Part shown: piece by piece, positions 13,077 through 27,335 of the stretch
Layout: every line of letters begins with the position of its first letter
Numbering within the stretch: the first letter of the stretch is position 1
DNA from: Octopus vulgaris
Lineage: Eukaryota
DNA: 64,000 nt
Assembly: GCA_951406725.2 (NCBI GenBank)
Contig: OX597818.1
Coordinates: forward strand, 48,546,001 to 48,610,000
Direction of reading: 5' to 3'
Notes under the pieces: generated by a model
What the model was told of the DNA's origin: nothing
The model's input: only the letters and a program-made list of their open reading frames with translations
Databases searched by the model: none
Made by a program: the position numbers and the translations under genes

Positions 13077-15809
13077 AGAAAAGAATTTTCTGACAATTAA
13101 ATAAGGATGCATTTTTAAATATTCATTAATTATTGTTATTGCTCTATCACATCCTAAAAAAACTGGCTCTTTGGATTTCTTCATGACACCATCCTACCGT
13201 CATAGACACACACATGATATGTTGCAGTGGAATCAAACTTGGATCCACATGGTTGCACAGTGAACTTCTTAACCATACAGCCACTGCTGCGCAGTTTAAA
13301 TGTGTGTGTGTGTGTGTGTGTGTTTTATATAGATAAATTGTGAGAGGGCGTAGGAAGCACTAATTTTAAAATGCACCTCTTGTATCCAAATCCAATCTGT
13401 TTAAATCTCAACCTACTTCTCATATAGCATCATAGCAGTGATAACAGCATTGTGTCTAGCTCTCATCTTGAAACAAAGCCTAATCTCTTTTCTTCTTGGT
13501 GAAAGAGGTTTAATTATCATTATGTTGTAACAACTCTGCTACTTGCAGTGATTATGAACTAGGTTAATTGATAATATAACCTTTTCCTTTACATTTTAAT
13601 CTTGATATCTTATCCATTGTAAATCTCTGTATGAGTAAAGGAAAACAATTGCCTTCTGGAAGCTTGGCACGTGGTTGTAAGTTCTATGTCTCAAATTAAA
13701 TTAATTTGATATGTAATATATTCTTAAGATTCAGACTTCTGTTAACAGAGAGGATGTGAGAGAATTAGAGATACTAAAAGTTGTTTGCAAGAGTTACAAG
13801 TAAGTAATATGAATATGTGTTGAAAAGATTGTTGTCAGTCTGATGAAGCAATGTCAATAATTGCTCACCCGCTCTTCTGTTAGAGTAAGTAAAATCTGGA
13901 ATCTGAAGAGAGTGACAATAGTTTGTGACAGCAAGGATTGGTCTATATGTGAGTTCCTACAAGAGTGTGATAAGTTTAATTTTCTCCAACAGCTTTTTTA
14001 TTGTTTTTGTTTTGGAGAGATCATCCAAAAGATAAGGAAGACCTATGGATTTTATATGCTCAAAGATCTTTGCCACACACACACCATTGGTCAGTGTCTC
14101 TCTCTCTCTTTCTCTCTCATGCCTAAATGATATTTTGTATTTTGTAAACTAAAAAAGAACAAACCAGTTCTTCTCTTTTGCAACCATTTTAAAAATTCAT
14201 GCCAAAACCATTTCAATTTTCTCTGAAATAGAAATCAGAAATCAAGAAAACAGTTTTTTGCAGGGAATGGAATAAATATTTTTCACTCTTCCAAAGACAG
14301 TGTTATTGCCCTCCTCCTCCTCCTCCTCCTCCTCCTCCTCCTCCTCATCATCATCATCATCATCACCATCCTCCTCCTCCTCATGCCCTTTTCATTCATT
14401 GTTCATGTGGCAAATAAAAAAAAGGAGTAATTTCTATATTATCATTATGGCAATGAGTGACAGGCTCCCTTGAATGATAGATTAAATGCTTTATAGTATT
14501 TAGTCATGTCCCTTTTACATCCTAAGTTCAAATCCTACTGGAGCAGAGAAAAGAAGTTCTAGTCTAAGAATTGGGATTGACATAACTTCTCCTCCTCCTC
14601 CTCCTCCTCCTCATCATCATCATCATCATCATCACCATCGTCGTTATCTAAGCCTATGTTTGTTGCTACTAAGGGTTGGACAGTTTGACAAAGATATGAT
14701 GCATCCAAGGACTGCATTATGCTCCATTGTCTACTTTGGTAGGGTTTCTATGGTTAAATGCCCTTCCTAACACCAATCACTTTGCAGCATGTACTTATGT
14801 GCTTTTTCATGCTATCAGCTTTAGGGAAGTTACTATGCAGCTTGCTAGGCTACTAACTTCAAGACAGCAGATTTATGCTTGGAGATGAGAGAAAAGTCCA
14901 GGGCAGAATATGTTTCTGTAAAGGAGCTTATAAGACTACTCATGTTTTAGAAGATCCTGGGTGTGATCTGGTGGAGCTGGAAAGCAATAAAAATAGTGGC
15001 GATGAGGTATCTAAGTAGAATTTCAAAATATGAGGTGGATAGGAGTGGGTGGAACTGAGTGACCAGGAGTGTGGGTGAGTTTGTGACTGGAAGAGTAAGA
15101 GATGGGGATAGGTGAGGGGAGGTAGGTAACAACTGTGAAGATTAGATAGGTTCAAAGGGCTGATGTAGTGAATGGTAGATGACCAATGATACATGAGTTA
15201 AGGGTGTGGGGGAGAGTAGGAGATGACTGACAGTGCAAAGCAGCAGAATAAGATACAGTAGACAGGAAAAGACAAGAGAGAGAGAGATAACATGCTGCTG
15301 TGAGGAGGTAGGATGCAGGAGTGGGAGGGAGAAGAGGCAGGTGCAGTGCATGAGTAAAGTGAAAGACATATGGTGGTGGTGGTGGTGGTGGAGGAGGAGA
15401 AATAATTTGTTGGCTCAGTGGTGGGGGGGTTGTTGATGAAAGTGTGGGTGGATAGAACAGTATTAATGAATGAAGGATGGGTAACAAGTGAAATGGTTCC
15501 TGGGTAGTAAGAAAAGTAAATGGTATCAAGGAAGAGCCTGCAGTTACAGAGGTTAGGATGGTAGCAGGGGGGGGGTGTCTTAAGGAGGAAGGAAATTGGG
15601 TGAAGGGTCCAATTGTTCTGATTTTAGTAATTGTTATTATTATTACTACTACAAGAGCAGTAGAATTGTTAGAGTGTTGGACAAAATGCCTTGCCCTATT
15701 TATTCCTGCTCTTTACATTTTGAGTTCAGATCCTGCCAGAGTTAATTTTGCTTTTCTTTTGTAGTTAATTTAATCTCCACCTTTTCCAAAATTTCAGAGT
15801 TTACTCTTA

Positions 15810-16175
15810 ATCTTACTCTTGTTTTAGTCATTTGACTGTAGCCATGCTGGAGCACCGCCTTTAGTCAAGCAAATCGACCCCAGGACTTATTCTTTGTAAG
15901 CCTAGTACTTATTCTATCGGTCTCTTATGCCGAACTGCTCAGTTATGGGGCCGTAAACACACCAGCATTGGTTGTCAAGCAATGTTGGGGGGACAAACAT
16001 ATACACACACACACACACATATATATACACATATATGCGACGGGCTTCTTTCAGTTTCCATCTGCCAAATCCACTCACAAGACTTTGGTCGCCCCGAGGC
16101 TATAGTAGAAGACACTTGCCCAAGGTGCCATGCAGTGGGACTGAACTCAGAACCATGTGTTTCATAAGCAAGCAA
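15810..16175 (-). mobile_element. SINE family A
   Basis: Reverse match to family A. Confidence 0.85.
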
Positions 16176-16600
16176 GCTTTGTGCATATTTAGAAACAACG
16201 AATGCACAGGGTTGGCTGAATCATTAGGACATTGGACAAAATGTCTTGTGGTATTCAACTTCTTTACATTCTAGGTCCAACTCCAGCTGTAGTTAACTTC
16301 GCCTTTCATCCTTCCTGGATTGATAAAAGAAAGAGGCAATATTTAACCTCACTTAAATGTGGATGTTTTGTTAGAACAAACTATATTCCAGTCAAGACCA
16401 AACAAGGTCTAAATCGCATGGTCTGGTGGTCTTGGTACTGGAGGTAGCAGGTATTTATCTCTCTGCTAGCGATATACATAAGGGTGCATTTTGCACCAAA
16501 AGATAGTATGAGAGTTTCTCTCATTGTATCTACCGCCATATAGTTTGTTCCATTAGAACATCCATGTTTAAGTTGTAATATTATCCTTCTTGCTAATATA

Positions 16601-17023
16601 TCTATAATAATAAATGCCAAAACAAATTTCTGTGTGTCAGTGTGTCACACTTTGACCCCTTCCTCTTTCATTATTCAATGACACTTCTACTATTTCTCAT
16701 GTTGGGGTGAGAGTAATAGTAGGCTTAGAGACAGTGAGGGTGATAGTAGATTGACACTTGAGATGGGTAATGGGGTGATAGTAATAGTAGTTGTGATAGA
16801 GGCAGAGGTGATGGTGATGATGGTGGTGGTGGTAGCTGATGTGGTCAAGCATGGCAGGGATAGTAAGGGATGTGATAGACAGTGGTGATGTTGGTGGAGG
16901 GAAGGCAGCCAAGTCAAAGGTGTTGATGGTGGTGGCATCGGAAGTCTGAATGGTGTGTGTATGGCAGCTGTGGTGGCGATGGTAGTGGTACTGGTGATGG
17001 TGATGGTTGAAAACAACCAACAG

Positions 17024-17064
<41 letters not shown>

Positions 17065-17310
17065 GGGTTAGACAGGAAAAAACATTGTACTAACCCTGAA
17101 TGGGAAGACAAAAAAAATGTTGTTTATCATGCAGCTTTGCAATTAGTTCCAAAGTCGACATTTATCATTGTTTTGATGAAAATTGTTCATTGCTTGAAAA
17201 ATATTGGTTAAGTTTAATAAAATTTAATATGTACTCAGTGCATGAAGTATCTTTGTTGGGCCCAAGGCCCAATGAAGAGACCTCCACAGAAGCTAGTTTA
17301 AAAGCCTTCA
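16601..17310 (+). mobile_element. Non-autonomous Helitron-like element (family H3), 3' end damaged
   Basis: a|TCtataataataaatgc 5' end; colinear with 26590-27335; keeps only the left arm (ctagtttaaaagcc) of the terminal hairpin. Confidence 0.65.
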
Positions 17311-18124
17311 CCCTGGTCTGTATTACTTCTTACTTTTTGCTTGTTTCAGTCACTTGACTGTGGCCATGCTAGAGCACCGCCTTCAAGGGCTTTGAACAAA
17401 TCATCTTCAGCATTTTTTTTTTTTTGTTAAGCCGGGTACTTATTCTATTGAATGTATAAGCAATGGGCCTCCACATAGCATAGGTTGGCCTGAGGCTATA
17501 ACAGAAAACACTTACCCAAGGTGGTGTGCTGTGGGGCTGAACCCAAAACCACATGTTTAGCAAAGCAAGTCTCTTAACCACACAGCCACGCCTGCGAGAA
17601 ACAATTAAGACTTTTCTTTTTCCTTTATTTTCTAATTCTTTTTTCTTTCTTACCTAGTGACTTTTTACATCTAATAGGACGCCTAAAAAAAATAGCAGAA
17701 AGTATACAAAAAATACTTTTCTGTGCTTTGTTTTTTTTTTTTTTTTTTTTTTTTGGTTTTTGTCTCATCATAGGAAACTGGACATGTTGAGTAAGCGAAG
17801 TTCTACCATTTCTAACTGAAGATAATCACGACCTCAAACTCTCATAATGTTTGGGTTTGGCTTTGAGAGAAATGTCGAAGAGGGGTTATTTAGATATAGG
17901 TTTATATCCTTCACCATCCAAAGGAAACTGGTGTGTCTATCTGGTTTGTATGTGTGCCTCTGTGCGTGCATGTTTGTGTGTGTGTGTGTGTGATAATTCC
18001 TATCTTTGCTTCTTTGCTTGTGTGTTTGTGATACTGTGGTTACATGAAGGAATGTTTCTGGTTGGATACACTGAAAATTAGCTTGTGATTTAACCGGAGT
18101 GAGGGTGTCTATCTTTTCTGGTGT

Positions 18125-18198
18125 GTGTATACATATATATGTACACACACACATATATAATATATACATCTATCTATCTATCTATACATATGTACATG

Positions 18199-18230
<32 letters not shown>

Positions 18231-18600
18231 ATATATATGTGTAAACTTTCCCTATATATATATATGTGTGTGTACATATATATGTACATATATATATATG
18301 TACATGTATATATATGTATATATATATATATGTACATGTATATATATAATACACATGTGTGTATATATATGTATATATATAATATACATGTGTGTATATA
18401 TATGTATATATATAATACACATATATGTATGTGTGTATGTATATATATATATATTTATGTACATGTATATACATATATATATATATATATGTATATCTAA
18501 AACACATATGTATGTACATATATATATACATATGTACATGTATATATATGTATATGTGTGTGCGTATGTATAATACACATATATGTATGTATATGTATAG
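18125..18600. repeat. Compound (TA)n/(TATG)n/(TACA)n microsatellite
   Basis: Low-complexity tract; source of the spurious YI/MY-repeat ORFs. Confidence 0.95.
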
Positions 18601-19431
18601 CTGTCACTGTGTTGTTTGTGTATGGTGACTAGCACAAAGGAAATGTTTTATGTGTTTAATAAAAGGTGAAAGTACAATTGTGCTATTTAGTTGGGATGTG
18701 GCCATTTAGAGGTGTAATCAAGTTATTAACTCCCAAACTAATTCTGCTGCTCTTGATTTTTCGGTCTACTGAGAGCAATCTTCACTCTTTTCTAAGAAAT
18801 AATGATGAAATGACTTTAATTACTATAATTTCTTTGCCTTTTTCACTTAAAAAATAAGAACACTGACAATCTGTTTGAATGTGTCTTCTATTGTTTTGTT
18901 AACCCATCCTATTTTATTCATTTTGCAAGGAATTGTTTTCTGAATGAAGCGAATATAGAATTTCCTACTTTATGTATTGTTTCAATGAGGAAGCTGTTGA
19001 CTTGAAGCTGTAGCTTGAAGATGCTCTTTCCAAATATAGGAGAGAGAGAAATGGGGGGGAAAGAGAGTTGGTGGGGTGGTGGAGGTGACGGCGGTGCACT
19101 TAAATTACTTCTAAAACACACTTATATTACTATAGGCTAATAACATAGGAAATAGAAGATATCAATCAAATTGACATTTTAAAGTGATGTACACTTTTTG
19201 GGAAGCAAGATGTTTGCATTCTGTTAGGTCTGGAACCTTAAGAGCGTGATTAAATGGTACTGAATTATATTGAGTTATTATGGAACCGAAAAGTTCTGGG
19301 AAAAGAGCTTAATAACAGAGAAAAAAAGCCACATCTTGGTTTGAAGTATGCTTATAATTTGGATTCTCCAAGAGAACCTTACTGTATTTGTAGAGAGAGG
19401 AAAATATTTACTTCTGTTATATATATATATT

Positions 19432-19667
19432 TTTTTACTTCAATCATTTGACTGTGGCCATGCTGGGGCACCATCTTGAAGGATATAATTGAGCAAATCT
19501 ACCCTAGTACTTATTTTTTTTTTAAAGTCTGGTACTATTCTCTTGGTCTCTATTGCCAAACTGCTAAGTTAAGGATGGTGATGGTGGTGAAGGGACAAAC
19601 ACAAGGTGATGTTGGTGGTGGAGGTACAAATACAAAAAAACTTACACATACATAATACATACATATG

Positions 19668-19732
<65 letters not shown>

Positions 19733-19880
19733 CGACAGGCTTCTACACAGTTTCTGTCTACCAAATTCACTCACATGGTCAGGAGCCATTGTAGATACTT
19801 ACCCAAGAGGCTGCACAGTGGGACTGAACCTAAAACCCACGTGGTTGCAAATGATCTTCTTAGCCACACAGCCATTGCTA
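19432..19880 (-). mobile_element. SINE family A, diverged
   Basis: Reverse match with an expanded central (TG)n(TA)n. Confidence 0.75.
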
Positions 19881-21517
19881 CGACATGTAATTTTTAGAAT
19901 AATTAGATGTCATGTAGCTCTTTTTTCAAGCAGATCTATGCCCAACCATCTAATTGTGACTATCTTGTCTTTTCAGGTTTATTTATCTCAGTCTAATTTT
20001 ACAATAAGATCCCTTCTTTTTAAAGATGGCAGGATAATAATTGGCTGCAAATTTTAGCGGGTTGGGTGTCTCTATACAGACAAAATTATTTGGTTTGGAA
20101 AAAGGTAGATGATGTTATATAGCCTCGGCTTTCACAGCTTGCTCTAATCATGGCTGTCCTGTCCTTTTTTCTTTTTCAGGCATAGCATACGTGGGGCTAT
20201 ATTAACCAGAATGTCTTTTTTGTTTTTAAAGATGGTAGGATGTTGAGGGAGATTTAGTTGCTGTTTCTAGCTGGTCAAGACATGTAAATCACCTTGGTCA
20301 TTCCATTGCATCCTTGGCATACCTCCAGTCATCTAGGAAGTCGGGTATGAGAGACTAAGGCTGGCTGTCCACTATACCCAACTCCCTTGCTCTAATCCAA
20401 GTTCATTGTAAGTCAGGACTCAGGTCCTTTGTTGTGGCAGTTAGGTTACCACACATCTGTGCTATTGAAATACTGCAATTTCTGTAATTTTATCTCATGG
20501 AATATGTAAGGTAGGTGAGAGAAGTCACAAATTTTAGGTTGTCTGCACAAATCTTAGTTGCTGTCTCCATTGTTGCAGAGTATAAGAGGTGGAGTCATTG
20601 GTCATCTTTGAAAACAAGGGATGACCATTATTTATTTGGTCTAAAATATCTTTTGACAAGAGCATATTTTTAATACCATCTTATATCTTTTTATGAAGTG
20701 TGTTTATTAATTATTTTATGCAACCTTTGACCGATTTGAGGATGGAAAAAAACATTCTGTATTTGGCATATAAGATGCACTTTTTCCCCCACAAAATATG
20801 TCTAAAATAATCACACTGGAATTTATATGCAAAGTTAAGCTTTTAATGTACTAAAAACATTTTCCCTGAAAGTGTGTTGCTGAAATTGGGGTGCATGAAA
20901 TATGGTCGTACAGCCCTTATGTCATCATATATGGTTTTTAATTATTACTTGTTAAATAATTTTATAAATATTGTAATCTCTTCTAAAGACAAAAGTTGAG
21001 ATATTTTTTACTTACTGACAAAAAAAAATCATTGTTGCTACTTACAATGTCCCAGTACAGGAATTAAACTTTTGAGTGATCAGAGAGCTTTGATATCAAC
21101 AGGAAATGGCGGATTTAACTAACAGAAAAAATGGTATTGTTATGTTTAATGGTGATTTATTCAATATAAAACGGAATTAAAATACTAAAGGCCTATATTA
21201 TATTTCTTATAATGAATATATTGGTACCCACTGTAAATATAGACTCCTTATGTATATAAACTGCTTAGAGGAAAGTAAAGTATCATTAATTAATTAAAAA
21301 TTGAAAGCAGATTTATTCTTACTTGTGTTTATATATGACTTAACATCTGGCATTAGCAGTTTGACATTTTGATAAGCCTTCTAGTTACTTGTTCTTAGAC
21401 AGTCTTAGACAGCATCCCATGTTGAATGTTTTCTTTTAACCACTTCTATCCTTTGTTTAATGCTGCTGATTGGGCAGACCAAATTTTATTTCAGTTCATG
21501 GTTCCACGTGTATAGAT

Positions 21518-21696
21518 CAGTGCTTCTGAAACTTTTTGCTGGAGTGGAACCCCAAGGAAACATTCCACTGGCTCGAGGAACCCCTGTGCAATAATTTAAT
21601 AGTCTTATGCACACATATCTGCACAGGAGAATTAAAAATTACTGCTGATTTTAGCAGTTTTGTAACTTCTTGCGGAACCCTGGTTGAAAACCACTG
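21518..21696. mobile_element. hAT (Charlie-like) MITE
   Basis: Perfect 8-bp TSD gtatagat (21510-21517, 21697-21704); TIRs cagtgcttctgaa / ttgaaaaccactg. Confidence 0.9.
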
Positions 21697-22561
21697 GTAT
21701 AGATATTTGAACTATAGATCAATTAATGCAAAGATGGACTTAATAACCTATAGCCAAGTCTCTGGCCGACAACATGCCATAGAGGAACTTGTACATGTTT
21801 GGTCTTCTAGAAATAATAACAAAAGTTTCTGCATTTCCTCTGTGTTCTTAACCTATATCCTTATTTTCTTTTTCTAGAGATCTTCTTTTATTGGTCTCTT
21901 AGCATCATCATTGGTCTTGCTGGTCCCATGGCTTTGTCATAGTCTTGGTCTGACTTCTTATGCAGACCCTACCCAATAAGTTTGTCTCTCACTCCTTTTA
22001 CTACTGTGTAGTTTTAGACATTAATGATAGCCTCTTAATCCTTTTGATACCAACCTACTCCAGACCATCCTTGATTCTGTGGTAGAAACTTCCTGTTTTA
22101 AAATAATCTAAATTAACATTTATTAAAATTTCATGTTAATTTATGTTCCAAAACATTAGCTTAATAACATAGGTTATTTCAATACATTCTTCATTTTTGA
22201 AATTAATTGAAATAGAGTAATTTCAAGAGAAATATGTTAACAAGTGGGTTAATGTTCACATTTATTGTCTACTAATACCTGTATTTTTTTTTTGGATATT
22301 CTTCTAGGATTGGAGACCATAAATCTATTTTGTAATTTATTTGGATTTGTTTACAGCTTTACTGAAACTCTATGACTAGTTTCTGAACAGTTTTGCAAAT
22401 GATTTTCTTACTTTCTTCACAAAACCATTATACACTTATAATATTTCTACAGCTATTAATGTTTATTTTTTTATTTTGACTGATTCAGTTCCCATTTTAA
22501 TTTACTTCATTCACATTTCATCTTTCATTGAGGAGTGTAATGAACACTATATATATACACA

Positions 22562-23101
22562 CAGTGTGGCCAATGAAAGACTGAATGATATAAAACAAAA
22601 ATAACTTTTACAAACATGGTTTTTTAGATTATTTTATTTGCTTCGAAATATTTTAAAATCCAGTTTCAGAATCTTATGAAGCGATGTTCTGGTGATGCCT
22701 AGTTGAGCAAAGAGACGATGGGTACAGGCTGATGGATCCTTGAGGACACTCTGCCATACAGCTTCCACCACTGTGTCAGCGTGCACAGTGCACTTAGTAC
22801 CTCTTCCTAAAAGATCGCCAACTGATCCATTTCTTTCAAACCAGGCGATTAGGTTCTGAATCAAGTTATTGCTAGGAGATACTCTGACAGTAAAATGTTG
22901 CCAGTATTTTCTCTGAGTTGGAATAATTTATCTTTCACTGGAATAGAAAAACTCTTTACTTGTTGCTGGACATCATACGTAACCATTTTAATCTCCGAGG
23001 GATGCTCTATAATGTGCAAAAAAAAAAAAAGATAATAAAAAAGATTGAAAATACAAGTTATGATTTTTTTCAAGCCCTTCAGTTTTTCAGTGGCCACCCT
23101 T
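22562..23101 (-). mobile_element. Internally deleted Tc1/mariner-superfamily element
   Basis: TIRs cagtgtggccaatgaaagactgaa / ttcagtttttcagtggccaccct next to TA runs; minus-strand peptide NLIAWFERNGSVGD..GRG...RLFAQLGITRTSLHKILKLD resembles a transposase N-terminal HTH region; no catalytic domain. Confidence 0.7.
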
Positions 23102-23685
23102 TATATATATAATAGACTTGCATTACTTGAAGTTTCATGGACATCATACAAAATAAGTGGGGAGAGCAAACCACATCTGATTGTTCAAATGCTTGGTTCT
23201 GAATAATGAGTGTTTATAAGTTTTAAATTAGATTGATTGTCATTGAGGATGAATGGACCTCATTCTCATTGGATGATTTGAATTAAGTAGTAGAATTGGT
23301 GTTTTTGTGGCTGCCGCTCGATAGTCGGCAGGTTAAGTGAAGTGAGTGGCAGTTGTCTTATTTGCTTTGGTTAGATGTTCCATTGTGAGCAAAAAGTTTC
23401 AGTCAAGTTTTCGGAACAATATTAACAGCTAATGGTTTAAAATTATCCTGCAAAAAGCTCCATTGTTAATAGAAAGATTACAGTTCACTTTTCTTGTTAA
23501 AAGTATGCAATTAGCTGTCACAATATGTGCAGTTTCTCATCGAGACAAAAACTGCAGCTGTGCACTCCAGGCAGGTAGGGAGGTGCCTTGTTGAGAATGC
23601 TGTAAGTTATATTAGGTGGAGTAATTCTATGATCTTGGAGACTATAGGATGAAACATATTAAATACTCACTTGTTTGTAAAACTA

Positions 23686-25186
23686 CAATTGTCCTCATTA
23701 TTCATACCCTTGATAATTTTTGTGATGAAATGAATGCATTTTGTCATGTTTGTTTATGAGTTATGAGACCAACAGGTAAAGAAATAACAATAATACACAA
23801 TTCAAGAAATTCTTCATTTCTGGGGTATTTTATTCATGGATTTTCAAAATATGTCATGTTCAAAATTATTCATACCCTAGGTTTACTGAGTCCAATATTT
23901 TTCTTTAATAGTCAAAAGCATAGCTTTTGTTTTTTATGACTACTACTAGATGATTCTTATGTGTGTCCACAAGCATCCTGCATGTCTCATGTGGGATGTT
24001 GGCCCACTCTTCCATGGCGAAAGCCTTGAGCTGGGCCAGGCTGGTTGGTTCCCTAGCCATCACACTGGTCTTCAAGTCTCACCACAAGTTCTTGATCGGA
24101 TTCAGGTCAGGACTCTGACCTGGTCATTCTAGGATGTTCTTGGAAGTATGTTTCGGATCATTGTCCTGCTTGTACTTCCAATTGTGGCCAAGTTGGAGTT
24201 TCTCAGCAGATTCATTCACATTTTCATAAAGGATCCTGATGTAATCCTCCTTTCTCATGATTCCTTGAACCTTCACAAAGTTCCCTATGCCACTGGAAGG
24301 GAAGCTTCCCCATAGCATATTTCCACTACCATACTTGATGGTGGACTCAGTGTTCTTCAGCTTGTATGCTTCTCCTTTCTTCCTCCAGACGTATTCAGCA
24401 TCCATATGGGCAAATCGCTTCAACTTCATCTCATCAGAGCACAAGATGGTTGACCAAAAGCTGGGATCTTGCTTCAGATGACCTCTAGCAAAGGCCATGT
24501 GAACCTCCAGATGTTTCTTCCTGAGCAGCGTCATCTTCCAAGGCTTACATCCATGGAGATCTCTTCTGTGCAAGACTCGCTTAATAGTAGACCATGACAC
24601 CATCGTCCTGCCTGGTCAAGTGTTTCAATTAGCGCCATGGTTGTGGTCCAAGGTTGTTGTTGACTTCTCGGCAGATTTTTCTGGCAAGTTTGGGAGACTC
24701 CTTATGCTTTCTGCTATGCCCACTGAGGTTTTTTAACAGTGTTGAACATCTTGTGCTTGTTGATTATGCTCTGGACGGTTGCCCCAGAGACACCATACTG
24801 CTTTGGAATGGCCTTGTAACCCTTTCACACAAGATGTTGATGAAGCCCCTCACTGAAGAATCTTGACCATGATGATCAGAAACTGAGAATGATCAGAATA
24901 CTTTTCCTCTATTTATACTCTTCTGGAAATAACTATGGGACAAAGGTTAGCATATTCACAGGAAGTGAAAACGGGTATGAATAATTCTGAACATGTGCAA
25001 AAAAGAACTTTAGGCCGTATCTGTTATTATGCAAATGAAGTTTAGCCAACGCATATGTGGATTTGTGCGTAGCAACAAGTAGACAAAAGATACACAGGAA
25101 GTACCAACATAATAGCTTTTACAGATGAAGAATCTAAAAAAAAAATGTTAGTTTCCATGGGGCATGAATAATTTTGAGGAGGACTG
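23686..25186 (-). mobile_element. Tc1-like DNA transposon, IR/DR type, full-length but decayed
   Basis: TA TSD (23684-85, 25187-88); outer DRs ttattcataccc / gggcatgaataa; inner DRs catgttcaaaattattcataccc (23855-23877) / gggtatgaataattctgaacatg (24973-24995). Confidence 0.9.
23905..24870 (-). pseudogene. Tc1 transposase pseudogene
   Basis: ORF 24124-24603 has ILCSDE, VWRKKGEAY, MLWGSF, QDNDPKHTSK; continues past a stop as PGQSPDLNPIKNLW; frameshifts, stops, a deletion between D2 and E, and catalytic E changed to K. Confidence 0.9.
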
Positions 25187-25523
25187 TATATATTTAAAAA
25201 TGAAAATAAGCATTTAAACTGCTACAATGCAAAATGAAGCTGGTTCTTGATATATCAAATATGATACTCCTTAAGGATGGAAGAAAGGATATAGTGGGAA
25301 TTGAAATAAACCTTTTGTATACCAGGAATTGGGGGTTTATCCCTGATTTGGACTTGTAGGGGTGCAGCAGATATAATAAATATAATTTCATTCCCATGGC
25401 TGATTGTTTTCCACTTTTTCCATCATTAATAGAATATCTTAGATATAATATTATTTATATCTGCATTTGCAGCATAGCAGATTCTTTAATACATATTTTA
25501 AAATTTTCAGTGCTTCAAGTGAA

Positions 25524-25560
<37 letters not shown>

Positions 25561-25569
<9 letters not shown>

Positions 25570-25745
25570 ATAATATGAGGGAATATTATTCCAAACTTAC
25601 AGAGAAAAATTCAATTTAGAAATACTAAATCAAATTTCACAAAATATAATATATATATATAAATTAGATGTAATTTTTCTAAATGGTATAATTTAATTTT
25701 TCATTATTGAATTGATAAAATGTGGGTTTTTTTCTAATTTATATA
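25561..25745 (+). mobile_element. (TA)n-targeted fold-back element (family F)
   Basis: Same leader as 47540 and 58710 (ataataat..ggga.tat..tccaaacttacag.gaaaaat.caattta); ends in inverted tttctaatttata. Confidence 0.7.
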
Positions 25746-26395
25746 TATATATATATACTTATTGTGAAAGCCATGAGATTATTGGAAGTTTATTGATATT
25801 GAACAAATACATTTTTTTTTCTAAATTGCAATTTTTCTGAAGAATTTGATTCTTGAGATAGTGTAAAGTCCAAAGAGGTAGTGCTGAAAATGCAGTCTCA
25901 GGAGAGAACATCTTTTAAACCTATATTCTTTGTTAAACAGTTATCATCTTTTCCACTTTAAGACCCTTATTCATTACTCTTCAACCTTTACTTTTACTTG
26001 ATTCAACGAAGAAATGAATATGCTCCAGAAAGAGTTACGCAATTGTCTTTTAGAAAATACTTATTATACTTACGTTTACCTTTCAGTTGTGACTATTTTA
26101 TCAAAATTATTGAAAATGTGTTGAAAGGGCAATGTAATATAACAAATACTTTGAACAATTTTAACTCTGAAGTAGAACTGAAGGCATAATTTATCTTTAG
26201 TATTATTTTACTGTGGAAGAACTATGCTGATCTTAATACATTGTAATACGTCCCTATTTACAAATGAGTAAAAATTGCATGTAAGTGTACTTCAGCCCAC
26301 ATTTGCCATCAGTGAGGGATGGTAGCAGCTCCACTGAGCCATGGATAAGTTTTGACTTAATTCAATAGTTATGCATCATATAAATATAGACTGTA

Positions 26396-26429
<34 letters not shown>

Positions 26430-26474
26430 GGACTTCATTCAATAGTTATGCATTATATGAATACAGGTTGTAGC

Positions 26475-26529
<55 letters not shown>

Positions 26530-26589
26530 TTGCAGTGTACCAGAATTAACTATGAATTAACTATTGGTAGTATATATATATGTATATGT

Positions 26590-27335
26590 AATATAATAAA
26601 TGCGAAAACTAATTTATGTGTCAGTGTGTCAAACTTTGACCTCCCCTCTCACTGTTCAATGACACTTATACTATTGCTCATGTTGGACTGAGAGTAATAA
26701 TAGTTGGTATAGAGACAGTGAAAGTGGTGGTGAAGAGAGACAGAGAGAGTGAGAGAAAGAGAGACAAACAAATTTGGGGAGAGTTGATGGTGGCAGTGGG
26801 AGTAATAATAAGAGAGAGGGAAAGAATGGATATGTGAGAGAAAGCACGACTGAACACTGAATCAACATACTGAACTAACATACTGAACCAACATATTGAA
26901 TCAACGTACTGAACGAGAGCTGTAGTTGTGATAGAGGCAGAGGTAGCAGTGATGATGGCCAAGGCGGTCAGGGATGACAGCAAGAGTAAGTGATGTGAAA
27001 GACAGTGGTAATGGTGGTGGAGGGGCAGACGACAAAGTCAAAGGTATTGATGGTGGTGTCGTCAGAAGTCTGAATGATGCGTGTATGGCGGATGTGGTGG
27101 TGGTGATGATGGTGGTACTGTTGTTTATCATGTAGCTTTGCAATAAGTTCCAAGTCGACAAATTATGTCATTGTTTCGATAAGAATTGTGCATCGCTTGA
27201 GAAATATTGCTGAAGCTTAATAAAATTTAATATGTACTGAATGCATGAAGCGTCATTGTTGGGCCCAAGGTCTAATGAAGAGCCCTCCATGGGAGCTAGC
27301 TTAAAAGCCACCCAATAGGGCAGTTTTTAAGGTAG
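26590..27335 (+). mobile_element. Non-autonomous Helitron-like element (family H3)
   Basis: Colinear with 16601-17310; degenerate 18-bp terminal stem ctagcttaaaagccaccc-aata-gggcagtttttaaggtag|t; internal 13-bp minisatellite near 26860-26915. Confidence 0.7.

Noticed and set aside
16690-17111. His/Pro/Thr-rich ORFs (also 15152-15529 and 26671-27161)
   Set aside because: They come from low-complexity (GGT/GAT)n tracts, mostly inside repeat H3, and frames are not conserved between copies.
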